Below are positions 52,298 through 64,000 of a DNA stretch of 64,000 nucleotides, one piece after another. The notes under the pieces were generated by a model. That model was not told the origin of the DNA. It was given only the letters and a program-made list of their open reading frames with translations, and made no database searches. Source of the stretch: Takakia lepidozioides. Taxonomy: Eukaryota; Plantae; Bryophyta. Location: assembly GCA_030704615.1 (NCBI GenBank), contig CM060734.1:60946001-61010000 (forward strand), written 5' to 3'. Made by a program: the position numbers and the translations under genes. Every line of letters starts with the position of its first letter. Position 1 is the stretch's first letter.

Positions 52298-53822
52298 CTA
52301 GGGTAGCTTGTGCCGTTGGCCCAAGTGTCCAATGTCATCTAAGAGCATCTCCACCGGGGGTACACCAAACAACACTGCAACGGTAACCTCCTGCGGCCTC
52401 CAACACTCCCCTCCCCTAGCGGCAACCCCATCAAACTACCCTGCACATGTCTTTTCAGCTGACTGCCTTGCTCCGGAGGGACCACCTGGACTGACGCCGC
52501 CTTACCCTCACGCCATAAATGTAGGCAGTCGTGTTTTTAGTCGCTCTAGCAAGTACCGGGCCTCTATCCTACACGAAAGTACGGGCCCGGGGGCTCCTAT
52601 GTTGAGGCCCAAATGCGACTTCTAGGGTAGCATGTGCCGTGGGCCCAAGTGTCAAGTGTCATCTAAGTCCAAGTGTAAGATCTTCTATGTATCCCAGTGC
52701 GTCTCCTATGTCGAGGCCCAATTGCAACCTCTAAGATAGCCTGTACCCTATGTATCCCCTATGTATCTAGAGACCCTCATGTTTGGAAGATCTAGGCCTA
52801 GGGTAGCTTGCGCCATTGGCCCATGTGTTAAGAATTGAAATCTAAGTCCAAGTGCAATCCCCTATGTATTCAAGTAACGTCTCCTACGTCAAGGCCCATG
52901 TGTGAAGAATTGTAACCTAAGCCCAATTTCTTATGTATCCAAGTGGCCGGTCTTCTATGTCGAGGCCCAAATGCGACCTCTAGTGCAGCCTATGCCGTTG
53001 GCCCATGTGTGAAGAATTGAAATCTAAGCCCAAATGCAATCTTCTATTCATGTATCCAAGTGCAATCCCATATCTAGGGTAGCCTGTGCCGTTGGCCCAA
53101 GTGTCCGGTGTCATCTAAGTCCAAGTGCAATCCCCTATATATCTAGAGACCCTCATGTTTGGGAGATCTAGGCCTAGGGTAGCCTGCGCCATTGGCCCAT
53201 GTGTTAAGAATTGAAATCTAAGTCCAAGTGCAATCCCCTATGTATTCAAGTAGCGTCTCCTATGTCAAGGCCCATGTGCGAAGAATTGAAAATCTAAGCC
53301 CAAGTGCAATTTCTTGTGTATCCAAGTGGGTCTCCTATGTCGAGGCCCAAGTGCGACCTCTAGTGTAGCCTATGCCGTTGGCCCATGTGTGAAGAATAGA
53401 AATCTAAGCCCAAGTGCAATCTTCTATTCATGTATCCAAATGCATCTCGCCTAAACCCAAGTGTCATCTAAGTCCAAGTGCAATCCCATATCTAATCATT
53501 TTTTTCTTCTAGAGAGCCTACGACCAGATTTGAACCAGAGACCTTTCCCTTTATATCTCTCCCCACAAGGCTCCAACCATAGTCCCATGAATGCCCACTT
53601 TGCCATTTTTGCTATTTTTTGTGAATTTCCAGCGGCCAAAAGCACTTGGAATTCCATATCTCCCACACCGCGGGTCCAAAAATCATGAGACCAAGCCTCA
53701 TCGAGGGCTTTCCAACGGTACCAAGCACCAGCGCCGGGGCCTCACAGTTTGGGAGATCTCAACGACGCTACAAACAAACAAAACAAAACAAAACAAAACA
53801 AACATCGCGATTCATATATTGA
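52298..53822 (-). mobile_element. Non-autonomous Helitron with an internal tandem array of 3' termini
   Basis: On the minus strand the ends read A|TC at 53822, followed by a (GTTTT/GTTT)n microsatellite, and CTAG|T at 52298. An imperfect GC-rich hairpin (GTGCC-GTT-GGCCC on +) lies just inside the CTAG end. No TSD, as expected for Helitrons. Confidence 0.7.
52600..53495. repeat. Complex minisatellite with a 376-bp higher-order duplication
   Basis: Recurrent units CTAGGGTAGCyTGyGCCrTTGGCCCA, TCTAAGyCCAAGTGCAAT and CCTATGTCGAGGCCCA. TCTAGAGACCCTCATGTTTGG occurs at both about 52766 and about 53142. Confidence 0.92.
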
Positions 53823-54264
53823 TAATCTCCAAAATGCAAAGGTCAATTTGCCTATATTTTTGACAGGACATGGATCTAGTAGATATGCACATAAGTATAA
53901 GGTTCATCCCCATGGATGATTGGGGGTAAGAAGTTACACCCTCGTCCATAAGCGTGTGCACCCTTTTTTAGTGGGCCCACCCAAAAATAGCTCGTCCTTT
54001 AAGACATCAGTTGATGCACTCACCTAGGATTGCCTTCGTCAGATTGAGTTATGGCCACAGTAGTCAGATTTGCATTTCATGACGTTCTCTGGGGAAGAGA
54101 GGCAAGGTTCGTTATTCACTGCTTGCAGTGTGTGTGCCTTATGGCGTAATTCGGGGTTTTGATTTTTTTCCCCAAAATAAACTTAATAAAAATCCCAGGG
54201 ATACAATCCCCCTGTTAATAAAATAAAATAAAATAAAATCCACTGGGGCTACCATCCCCTGTTC

Positions 54265-54268
<4 letters not shown>

Positions 54269-54297
<29 letters not shown>
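54269..54297. repeat. (AT)n microsatellite
   Basis: About 14 AT units. Confidence 0.9.
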
Positions 54298-54302
<5 letters not shown>

Positions 54303-54768
54303 CACATCAGCTGGTAGCAAGTGCACAGTGTGATGCCCTGGTGGTTCGGGTTCAAACCCATTGCCCTGCCCTTCTCTCAATAGAGATCCTGTGTAGTGTG
54401 GGACTTTGTGAATGGTGCTGCTGTTTTAGCTTTCAATCTGCTTTTCCCTGGGCTAACAGCTTTGGTTGGGCACATTGATTATTTCCGGCCTTAACAACAA
54501 TGATCAGCCAGTTAGAAAACCTAGACCTAACCGATCCAGCCTCCCATCCATCTCTAGTTTGCCAAAAGCAAGAAACCTCTCAGCTGGTCTCAAAATTTGT
54601 ATTCACAACATTCTCTTCCCTCAGTCCAGGACCCAAGATTCCTGAGCCTTCCCTATGTCACAAGCAAGCTAAGAGTGCAATAAAACTAGACCAGGTATAA
54701 GACCTTGGTACTAAAGTATAGTATCTTCTGAACACAGATGCAGGCTTGACTTGAGCCAGGCTCACCCA

Positions 54769-56611
54769 TCAACTGTTCATGTCTCCAGATGAGGGATGCT
54801 CAACGTACAATTGCATGTCCAAGAAGTCACTGCACATTGACTTGATTGGAGTTATGAGATACGGCTGCTGCCATACTTCTTCACTATCAGCTGGTATCCA
54901 GAACTGCCCGTTGGTCACGGTATCTCCAGGAATTTTCTTCAAGTATGCAACTATCTCCCAGGAACAATCTGTCAGAGCAAAATTCATGTTACCAACTAAA
55001 CCGGCACATCCTTTCCCCTGCATGTCCTCTTTGGTAATAAACCTTTCAACAACTCTCCTAGAGTCATCCAAGGAGTGCTAAAGTATTCAAAGTGAAGAGC
55101 AGGTCCACATGCACCAGTAATGCTCCCATGCATTCTGCTGCTTCTTTTTAAAAACTCAACAGAGAAAAATAGGGCCTGATATTAGCATACAGTACTCCAT
55201 GCCCAGTCACATGAGAACAATATAATCATTCTAGATTGTGTTTTCTTAAGCCCACAAGCATGGGTACCAACGTGTACAGGGATGCTCTTGGTCTCCAGCC
55301 ACCCATCTTAAAGTTGTAAGTGACCTTATACCTTCACACATACCCCATCCAAGTTACCAGCAACACCGAGGCAACTACCAAAAGAAATTGGAGCCTCCGT
55401 AGCATTCATCAGGGCAACAGACCTGATGGCAAAGGCTTTAGCTGAGTCTCGAACACGGATAGTTTGAGGAAAAAGGCACGCAATGCAAACTCCAGGTCAT
55501 TCAGTGGCAAGCCTGAACTGACAAGCTGCTTCACACGTAGTTTGAAAACAAATTTCTCCACAGGTGTTTGGTTACTGTCCAAAACTGTCACTGCAAGCTT
55601 CTCCACGACACCCTACACAAGTTTGAGCACATCCAAAACAGTGACCACAAACATGGTCAACTTTCTTGTATGTAGTTTACAAGCTCGCTACTTTCTGGCC
55701 ATCCACGACCCTAATGCCTTCCCTCCTTGGTCAATTGGAAAACAAATAGAGTAAGTAGACCTCTACATCTAATCTGAGTTGGGAATCATACTTGCTGAAT
55801 CCAAATGTGCAGGTTTGTGACAGCAGAGTGTATGTAGTCTCTCAATTCTGGATGACGAGCCCACTGCACTGGCACATTGAAGTGCCGTCGGCGTTCGAAT
55901 ATCTCTGCTTCCATGTAGTCATAACCATGCAGAAAGATTAGAACCACTCTCCTGCAGTCTTCCCACAACCCTTAAAGAAAGATTGTCCATCTAGCCACCT
56001 GGTCCATTTCGAACCTGGTCAGTCCCAGCATTCCACTAGTTTCCCCAGAGTGTTAGGCAATCCATCTAAAGAATGTGACTACCACCAAGACTTGGAATTA
56101 GGACGAACTCAACCTATCACGTGAGTGACAATTTGACTGAACCCCCGATGTGTATGCGCATGCTTTCCTGGAAACAGTCGCACTTCTAAAATGAATGACA
56201 AAACAACAACTCCGTTCACTCACTGACTCGCTCCTTCACCCCCTTCCCTCTCTGTGTTGTATGTGTGAACAATGACTACCTTCAGCTCATTCTACGTAAC
56301 CAGTCTGGCTTCATTATGCATTACAAGACAAGGCCAGTGGAGACCAAAAAAAAGGTACCTGCAGGATAGATACCCCGAATACTGAGTAGGAGGTGAATGG
56401 CAACCTCCAAGAACTCGCATATAAGGTCCGCAATTTCGCCTGCAAATTTTCAGTGTATCCAATCACTTCCCTATAAACCTCAATTTCCTTGAGGTTGATG
56501 CGAACTAAAGACAACACGGTGTCCAAGAGACTATCCATCAATATTGTGAGATCAACACAGGGAATGGATACAGGCAGACATACCATGTGTAGGTTGATGA
56601 TTGCGATTCAT
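54769..56611 (-). CDS. REV7: DNA polymerase zeta accessory subunit REV7 / MAD2L2 (HORMA domain), 5 coding exons
   Basis: Exons about 56611-56584 (MNRNHQPTH), 56439-56359 (GEIADLICEFLEVAIHLLLSIRGIYPA), 55905-55792 (EIFERRRHFNVPVQWARHPELRDYIHSAV), 55612-55423 (GVVEKLAV..PVEKFVFKL..LEFALRAFFLKLSV) and 54969-54769 (CSWEIVAY..WIPADSEEVWQQP..MQLYVEHPS). All have GT-AG ends in compatible phase. Confidence 0.93.
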
Positions 56612-56923
56612 GTTCGCACCCGCCTCTGCTTGGATCGGCCTCACTGGTGAATTCATGCACCTACCATATCAGCCTCAAGCTTCTCGGAGACATGATCTTA
56701 TACATGGAAGGATTTAGCGTCGTCAGACCCTCTTGTTTCCTCTCCCCACTTCCTCCCCCCCTCCATCTAGTTACTTCTTCACCTTGAAATGTTGATGCCA
56801 TAGTGTTCCATACCGTCAAGCAGGAAGTGTGAGAGTCGTGTTGCTTGGTGGAATCTGGCACATCGGACACACTATTTTCCCTCTCCCCCTCCACAAGTGT
56901 CAATGTTACATTTCTGTAGAACC

Positions 56924-56931
56924 TAGGGTTT
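56924..56931 (-). promoter_or_regulatory. Possible telo-box (AAACCCTA) upstream of REV7
   Basis: Exact AAACCCTA on the minus strand about 310 bp upstream of the REV7 ATG. The motif is short and may be chance. Confidence 0.3.
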
Positions 56932-57966
56932 CAATTGCTTGTGCTATAAGAGAGATTCGAGTGGCTTCACTTTTGGGCTCTGTGAGAGAGTTAGTTGGAG
57001 TGTTCTGAGAAGCGAGAGGGTATCAATTTCTTGGTGTTGAGGTGAATATAGGAGAGAGAGCGCTGTTCGTTACAGCTTACTGCTACAAAGTATTAGTGAA
57101 CCTGAAGCCTGTTTTCCGGTCTGTTTTGCAAGTGGAGACATTTTTTTGATGGTTTCCGTGTTGGACTGGTCCAAGGTATGGCTCTTGCAAGTTCTTGTTA
57201 ATAACCGTTTGGCACAACGTTGATGAGCAATCCATATTCGACATAATCCAAGGGCAGATATATTGAGACTGACACCATTTCATACCTCCACAAAAGTATC
57301 TGCAGGAAGATGGCTTGCTTCATGGACATGAAGATGTTTAGACCTGAATCAGTTTACAAACAAATTACTATTTCAGAGAGACCCAGAACTGGGGTTAATC
57401 CAATTGCTCAACATGCTGTACAGTTACTGGCCTGTAGGCTGTCTGGGATTCCCTCAGGGCCTTAAGTGCATCACAGCCTACAGGCTTTACCACCTTGGTA
57501 CCATTGTTTTGCGGTTTCGACCCTTGTGGAGGAGCTGCTCTCTCTTGGAAGATCACCTCAACCACTCTTCCCTGCTCAGCTGCATATCACCTATTTCATG
57601 TATGCTACCTCTGATACCATCAATGAAGGGGCTGCCGAGGAGAGAGAGAGAAGGGAGAGGGAGAAGGAGAGAGAGGAAGTAGCGGGGAAGGTTTAAGTTG
57701 GGATTCAGGTGCTTGGTTTCCAAAATTTTGTTGCGGTGTTTCCTTCTTCACTTCATGGGAAAATAAAGGATCATCACAATCTAGGATAACTTAATGAAAT
57801 CCTCTGCTGGCAGGAGCAGTAAGACAGGACAGAGAGAGATGATTAGCAATTTTTGTGATTCAAGTCTTATGACTGTCTTTAATCACAAGCCTTAAATAAC
57901 AGTACAATCTCACATTCCATGTTTACTAACTTGCATCCGGGGAGAATGGAGGGGGATGGGGGGGCA

Positions 57967-60900
57967 TCATACAACAAGCTCATCCTCAAGGTAGCTATAC
58001 TCAAATGTGAACTCCGTCTTTATCCGTTGACACCTGCTCAATCCCAACACATCCACCAATCACACTATGAAGTGAAACTATTCATGTCCATTGAAATAAG
58101 CTACATGAGGCGAGTACCAGCAAAAAGCGGTCAGAGGTAGGTATCGGCTATAACTAAGCCTACAAGCATTGACAGCACAATTTGTGCCAGGGTTAAATGC
58201 ACTAATAGATAACAGTCCTACAGGCAGGTACAAAGCTTGTTGCCAGGCGGATGAGGAATATGCATCCTTGTTACAACAAGAAAGTACTGCTGAGCAAACA
58301 ATTACATCTAAATGCCACAAATATGGGGACATCTAGAAAAAAAATTACATAGTACAGCAGCCTACACACCCACATGCATAGATATCCAGCCAACTGAGTT
58401 TTGAACTTCATTCCACATCTCTAAGACTTATGTATATCTGGATCTTAACCGTATTAAAGTTGCTGAGACAAGAACATACCAGCCCTGTTGGAAATCATCG
58501 TGCACAATATGGAAGTCAAAGTACACATAGGTGCCCTGTTCATATTCGTCGGTTGTAATCTTGGGCTCTTCATGCCGCTGGAACCACGTGTTGTACTTTT
58601 TGTGGTATCTCCATGACTGCTTCTTCAGCTCTCGTGCTGCCAAGTACTGTTGATAGGTGCCCTGAACCAGCACACAAGTGCAAGCTCTACCTAGTTAATT
58701 TCCCTTGATAGTAGATATATTACCAAGAGGGAGAGAGAAATGTGCATATGTAAACCATTTTGCATCATAGGTGCTTAAACACACCCTTCAGGACACTCAC
58801 CACAAAAAATGTCAAAGTCAGTCATGAGGTATTCATCAACTACGGTATCCAAACACAGCCCAAAATAGCCTCAATGACCATGCATTGTCAACAACAATGT
58901 GGTTACAGAGTGGATGGACAATTCATATAGCAGCTAAGGTCTAAGTATCATCTAATCCAGAAATACAGTGAAGTACACCTGTTGGTAGTAAAAGGCGAAG
59001 AAGAGTACGTCCGTGTCCAAGCGCTCCCACAAGGCTGGATTATCTACAATGGGAGCTTGCATTTGTGGATAGCTACCAGGAGTCACTGCAGGATTTCTCT
59101 GGGAAACATAACCAGCAATATAAAACCAGTAGTCAGCATGTGCTGGTTAAGCAAATGATTATTCAAAAAGAATGTCCAGTGCTAACCAACTGCATGAACT
59201 GCTCTGCTATTTCACCTGGCTCTTTCAGCAAGTTGGATGTATAACAACTTCACTCCACACCACCTCTTTAAATGTTCTTTAGCACGTAGTCTCCAGGCAA
59301 TCTCATGACATCAGCACACCTGTTTGAAGGGTGCAGAACACCAGGGAGGTGGGGCAGGGGAGGGACAGCATAATAGAGGCCAGAAGCATTATGGAAGGTT
59401 CACTACAGTTGCGTAAATGATGTCAGAAAATTGCTCATTGTCTGAATCTTCCCAAGAAAGAGCGGAACATTCCACATGCAAATTCACACCCAAGCAAAGA
59501 CCCAATGAGGGCCACAGATTTGAAAATGACCAAAATCCCTTGGACTGAGCCAAGAAAACCTGCAGTCAAGGACAAGTCTCCTTCAGAGGAGGACCCATTG
59601 CGATACCTCAGAAATATGCTCAGGGATAAGCAATCAGTGTTCTCTTTCCCACAGCTCAGTTACCATACCATATATAGGTGCACCATCAGTACTGCCCGGC
59701 ATGGAGGCCCTTGAGGGGACTATGAAAGGCTACAATAAGGCCAAGAACTGATTTGCGCCAGCCTTCCTCTCTAAGCCAATTCCTCTTAATAAGCTTGAAC
59801 TAAATTTCCTTCAAAGAGAGAGGGAGAGAGTACCGGAATATAGCTCTTGGGACGCTCAGAGTCCTTGGGCAAAGGAAGGTTGCGGTAGGCAGCCTCCAGC
59901 GCCTGTCGATTGAAAAGTTGATCATGCTGTGCTGCAGCATTCCCTCCTCCAAGTGTAGGGCTCAGGTTGTCTCCAATGGCACCTAGTTCTGTCCCGATTT
60001 TCCTCCCTATCACTCCTGGACCTGTGGAGGCTTGCAATGGAAGCACCACTTGACCAGGGGCAAAATCTACTTCTCTTGATAGCTGGCTCAGCTCTGCCAA
60101 TGTCCCAGGCCCACCCACCTGCACAGCAGGGTTGCATTATGGGCTGCGCATCAACTTTTTATGTTATGTCTGGACATTGGCACAAGGATGAATCATGTGT
60201 CGTTGTTACCATACTTCTCTCTCTATCTGTCTTCTCTTTCTTCACTCTTATCATTCAGACAGTAATTTAGGAGTGTTTCTTCCAGTTTCTATAATTTTTA
60301 TCCACTCCTGTCCCATGAGCTCTTTGGGCTTCCTACGGACACTATATACTTTCCTTACTTCTCTCCATCCTATACCTTGGCTTCTATAGGGGAGGGAGCA
60401 TTATGCAACAAGTAGGACTACCACCACACATACACAGGGCCCTCCTACCCTCAGGTACTGACTCCTGGGAATGTGATTTATAGAACAACCCACTAATCTA
60501 CAAACTAGGCTCATTTATGATACCGTCAATCCATTTCACACTCACTAGACAAACGAATAATGGTAAAGAAAGGGCCCTCACTGGAACATCAAATGTATCA
60601 GCGTTCTTCAGATCATCTTCACTGAGTGATACACTCCGAGAAAACACTGAACTCAACATAGATGCATCACTGGTTGTTTCCTCCAAAGGCTTCGCCAGCT
60701 GAGGTGATGGTTGCCGCACTGGTGGTTCCACAGCTCTACTACCTGCATCTGCTTCATCACCAAGGCTGCCCATTCAGCGTTCTTGCTGTGGGTTCTAAGA
60801 AGGCTAAAAACTCGGATACTGCACCCTTTTCAAGATACGACCACAGACATCCAACTGCGCATACCAAGGAATGAAAGTAAGGAAGAGTTGGAAACACCAT

Positions 60901-63900
60901 CTCTACCATTTTCTTTCGAAGACGTTGTACTTGAAAGAGATAATTGATGCTGCAACTGCTGAGAACTAGATTGGGTTGGAAAGCCCTGGGGTTGTGCAGG
61001 AGACACTGATGATGTGGTGGCAGGCAGGGAAGGGGCTTGTGCACTTGTTGCCAAACCCACGGATGACTGCTGCTGCGATGATGCAGTTGGAGAGGCTGAG
61101 ACGATGGGAGTTTGTGCCTGCAACGTTTGCATCTGAGCCTGCAGCCTCCCCATTAGAACATAAACGATAAAGAACATGTTTCGAGGTAGGAATTAAGAAA
61201 TTATGGCAGCAACAAGTCAAAGCCCTGGGGAGGGACAAAGAAACCTTTGTTCATTCCATACAAATCCCCAACATGGAACCTCAAATGCAGACACTTAAGC
61301 AAACCACTCACAATTCAAAGATGAATAGCCTACAGTTACCTGCTGTGGAAGTGCCGGTTGCTGAGATTGGAGAACAGAAGGCTGCTTTGTAGAGGGCCCA
61401 GAGTGAGGGATCTGGTTTGACACTGAACTGCCAAGTTGACCTTGCACTTGCTGAAACCGTTGCAAGAACTTTTCCCTATGGTCCGGAGCAATTTCAGGTC
61501 GCCCCAGGTATTGCCCCTGACCCAGCCAATTTGCCACCCCATGTTACTTCATGTCAGAAGGATCCTAAAAATCTCCAACTGCTTGTCTTCTCTCTACAAA
61601 ACCATCTTCCATCATCACACCCTTTCTCTATCTGAACTGCAGTTGCTTGGAAACAAACCTGCGCACCTGAACAATCTTCTAATCACTGCAGTCTCAATGA
61701 GAGGGGGCAGACAGGACACAGAGATCATTAATTACCGACTCTGCCTGCTGCGATTGAATGGTGCTTGCAGAATGTGGCCTCCACTGCCCACCAGAAACAC
61801 CAGATGGTGGAAACAAACGGCCACCAAGGCCTCCTTCCGCGACCCCTGCACCCTCACCAGTGGAGCTGCTGCTTTCTCCCAGCTTTCCACCTGTTGCCCC
61901 GAAGGCTCGGCTTTGGGCACCTAGAGAACCTGTCAACTGCTGTGTGAGACCTCCAGTCACTGATCTCTCCTCCGCACCAATCAATCCCATCCTCTTATTC
62001 AAATCTAACACTGGAGGTATGGACCCCGAGTTACTGCCGCCCACAAGTGGATTGGGAGCCCCACTTACCCCAAGAGGAACAAGAGGAGGCGATTGCCCAG
62101 AGCCAACAGCCCCTCTCCCCACACCCCCTCTTGCTAAACCAACCTCTCCTATACCAGCTCCCACCCTCCGACTCAGGCCACCTCCATCCTCCTCCTTCGT
62201 TCTTCCTAACAAACTACCTTGGGCAAGTAGTAAAGCCCCTGTTGCGATGGTTGGTTTTGCTGTCAGTGACCGTCCTGCCACTGCACCTGGGAGGATCCCC
62301 ACAGTGGTTGAAGCGCCCAATCCACGTGCAAGAATTACAGTTCCTGCAGCTGAAGCAGCAGCCGCCACTGCGGCTGCAACAGGGCTAACCCCCGAACCAG
62401 TAACTGGGGCTCCAGGGTTTACTCCACTTGTGGGGGAGCTTGCTAAGACAGGGACTGAAGGTGTGCGGGCCCCAGGTGACTCAAGTGTAGCCTCAGGGAT
62501 TGCACCCTCCTCATGTACCTGCAGCTGTGACGTTGGAGACACCAAGGGTGAGACCCCTGTCGCTGTCACTGCTGCCACCTGCATGGAGATGCCATTGTAT
62601 TGAACATAGAACCAGTGTTCAGTCTTTGTACCTCAGTTCATACACGTTGTTTCTCCCAGGTGGGTGAAATGTCTTCTAGATTTAAAAGCCCGTTCTCCCA
62701 TGTGAACATCACTCTTTCCAGAATCACTAGCCACAAAACACACTCCTTGACATCAATCACAAGATTTGTGGGAAATCCCAGACTTAAATAGAGAGATGTT
62801 TTTTATTTGTAACGATGCCAGTAGATTGGATAGGTCAACCTCTAAGACTGACACGTGAGCGAGTCATGTATAAAAGCATTTGCCAATCATATCATTTTCT
62901 GAGCCTCTCCAGTCTCTCCCTAGAGTTTCTTCCACCCAGACCCCCAAACCATCCTGTACCATGTACATATCACTCTTTCCAAAATTACCAGCAACAAAAC
63001 CAGCTCCAGGACAACCCAATTGAAATCCAGAAACGAGAGCTGCCTTTCATTTGTAATCAAGCCAATAGGTATAACTCTAAGACTGGATTGCATATATGGA
63101 GACAGCTCATAGACACAAAGGGAAGTCACAACTTACAGCTTGCTGTCCAACCGGCACAACAATGGATGGCTTCAAGATTGCACCATTTGGTGCAGGACCA
63201 ACACCAGTAACTGCTGTAATGGCAGCCTGCAACAAGCCCATCCCATATCCTCTTCAATTTCCCCATCTATCTCTTTCTATTTTGCACGAGAGCAAGACAA
63301 GCGTTTCATTCAGTTTCTATATATCAGTCCATTAACTTGAGGTACCACAGCTGCAACTCAGAAAGGTTGGACTGAACTGTCACATGGTGAATGATATCAT
63401 TTGAAATCATTCGAACCAAACGTGTCATCCATACAAGTAAACAGGGATCCTGAGAGCACACTACCTTCTCTTTAACAACAATAGCTGGAGGCACGTTAGG
63501 AATAGCATCCAAAGCTTCCAAAGCTTCCATCTTGTCAAGAGGAAGTGATTGGTAGAGCTCATCCACATCTGCAAAATCCTCAAAGTCATCCTGAGGAGCA
63601 GCCAGCCGCCACAGAACTACCCATAAGCGAGTTTGATCAGACAAACAAGGCCCATACATGTCCCATCATACCATCAATCAGTCTGATTGCAACACCAATG
63701 ACCAACAGTGAACTTCATCCCATAAAGACACATGGAAAAATAGGTAGCAAGCATCAGGGCCTGAAATGAGGAAAAGCAAGGATGAGATGGACAGACAGAC
63801 ACAATCACAAACACAAGAATGAAATCGCCCTGCTTGAGCCATCCATTTCAACACAGGCATGTATTGGTGTATGCAAAGATGGCATGTGAGAGCCTTAGGT

Positions 63901-64000
63901 TAGAAACAAGACTACACTCAGAACATTCTGTGTAACCTGCACAGCCATTACCAGAGGAGCTCAACCAGAGTCCTTGGGAAGCCAGGACCCCACAACAAAG
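57967..64000 (-). CDS. NOT3: CCR4-NOT complex subunit NOT3/NOT5 (CNOT3), 5' end outside window
   Basis: NOT-box exons: [39 protein letters not shown] (about 59098-58979), [50 protein letters not shown] (about 58661-58480) and [21 protein letters not shown] (58033-57967). Upstream exons include [34 protein letters not shown], a low-complexity linker, and [18 protein letters not shown] (about 63591-63464). Confidence 0.96.

Noticed and set aside
52600-53495. CRISPR-like appearance of the repeat array
   Set aside because: The context is eukaryotic, the intervening sequences are themselves repeated, and there are no cas genes.
61758-62603. 281-aa Pro-rich ORF on the + strand
   Set aside because: It is the antisense shadow of the Gly/Ala/Ser-rich NOT3 exon, with no independent evidence.

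Overview
Eukaryotic, intron-rich land-plant DNA, most likely from a bryophyte such as a moss. The taxon is inferred from gene content (DYW-type PPR, plastid NFU, plant VPS13M architecture) and is not proven. Left (1-20.7 kb): the 3' part of a large, apparently intact VPS13M-type gene on +, followed by a convergent plastid NFU gene on - (24.7-27.4 kb). Middle (about 29.4-54 kb): a transposon graveyard. It holds a split DYW-PPR pseudogene, a truncated cytochrome b561 gene, a degenerate Ty3/Gypsy pol, L1 and CACTA fragments, two hAT MITEs with perfect 8-bp TSDs, and a tRNA-derived SINE family. It also holds two 3' fragments of an RNase H + zinc-finger + restriction-like-endonuclease LINE (Dualen/RandI-like) and a non-autonomous Helitron whose 3' terminus is reiterated into a satellite-like array. 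Right: REV7 and the 3' part of NOT3, both on -. The most unusual signals are the Dualen-like LINEs with a conserved structured 3' end and the Helitron terminus array. I found no convincing new multi-gene system. All calls are by eye, exon boundaries are approximate, and no database search was run.
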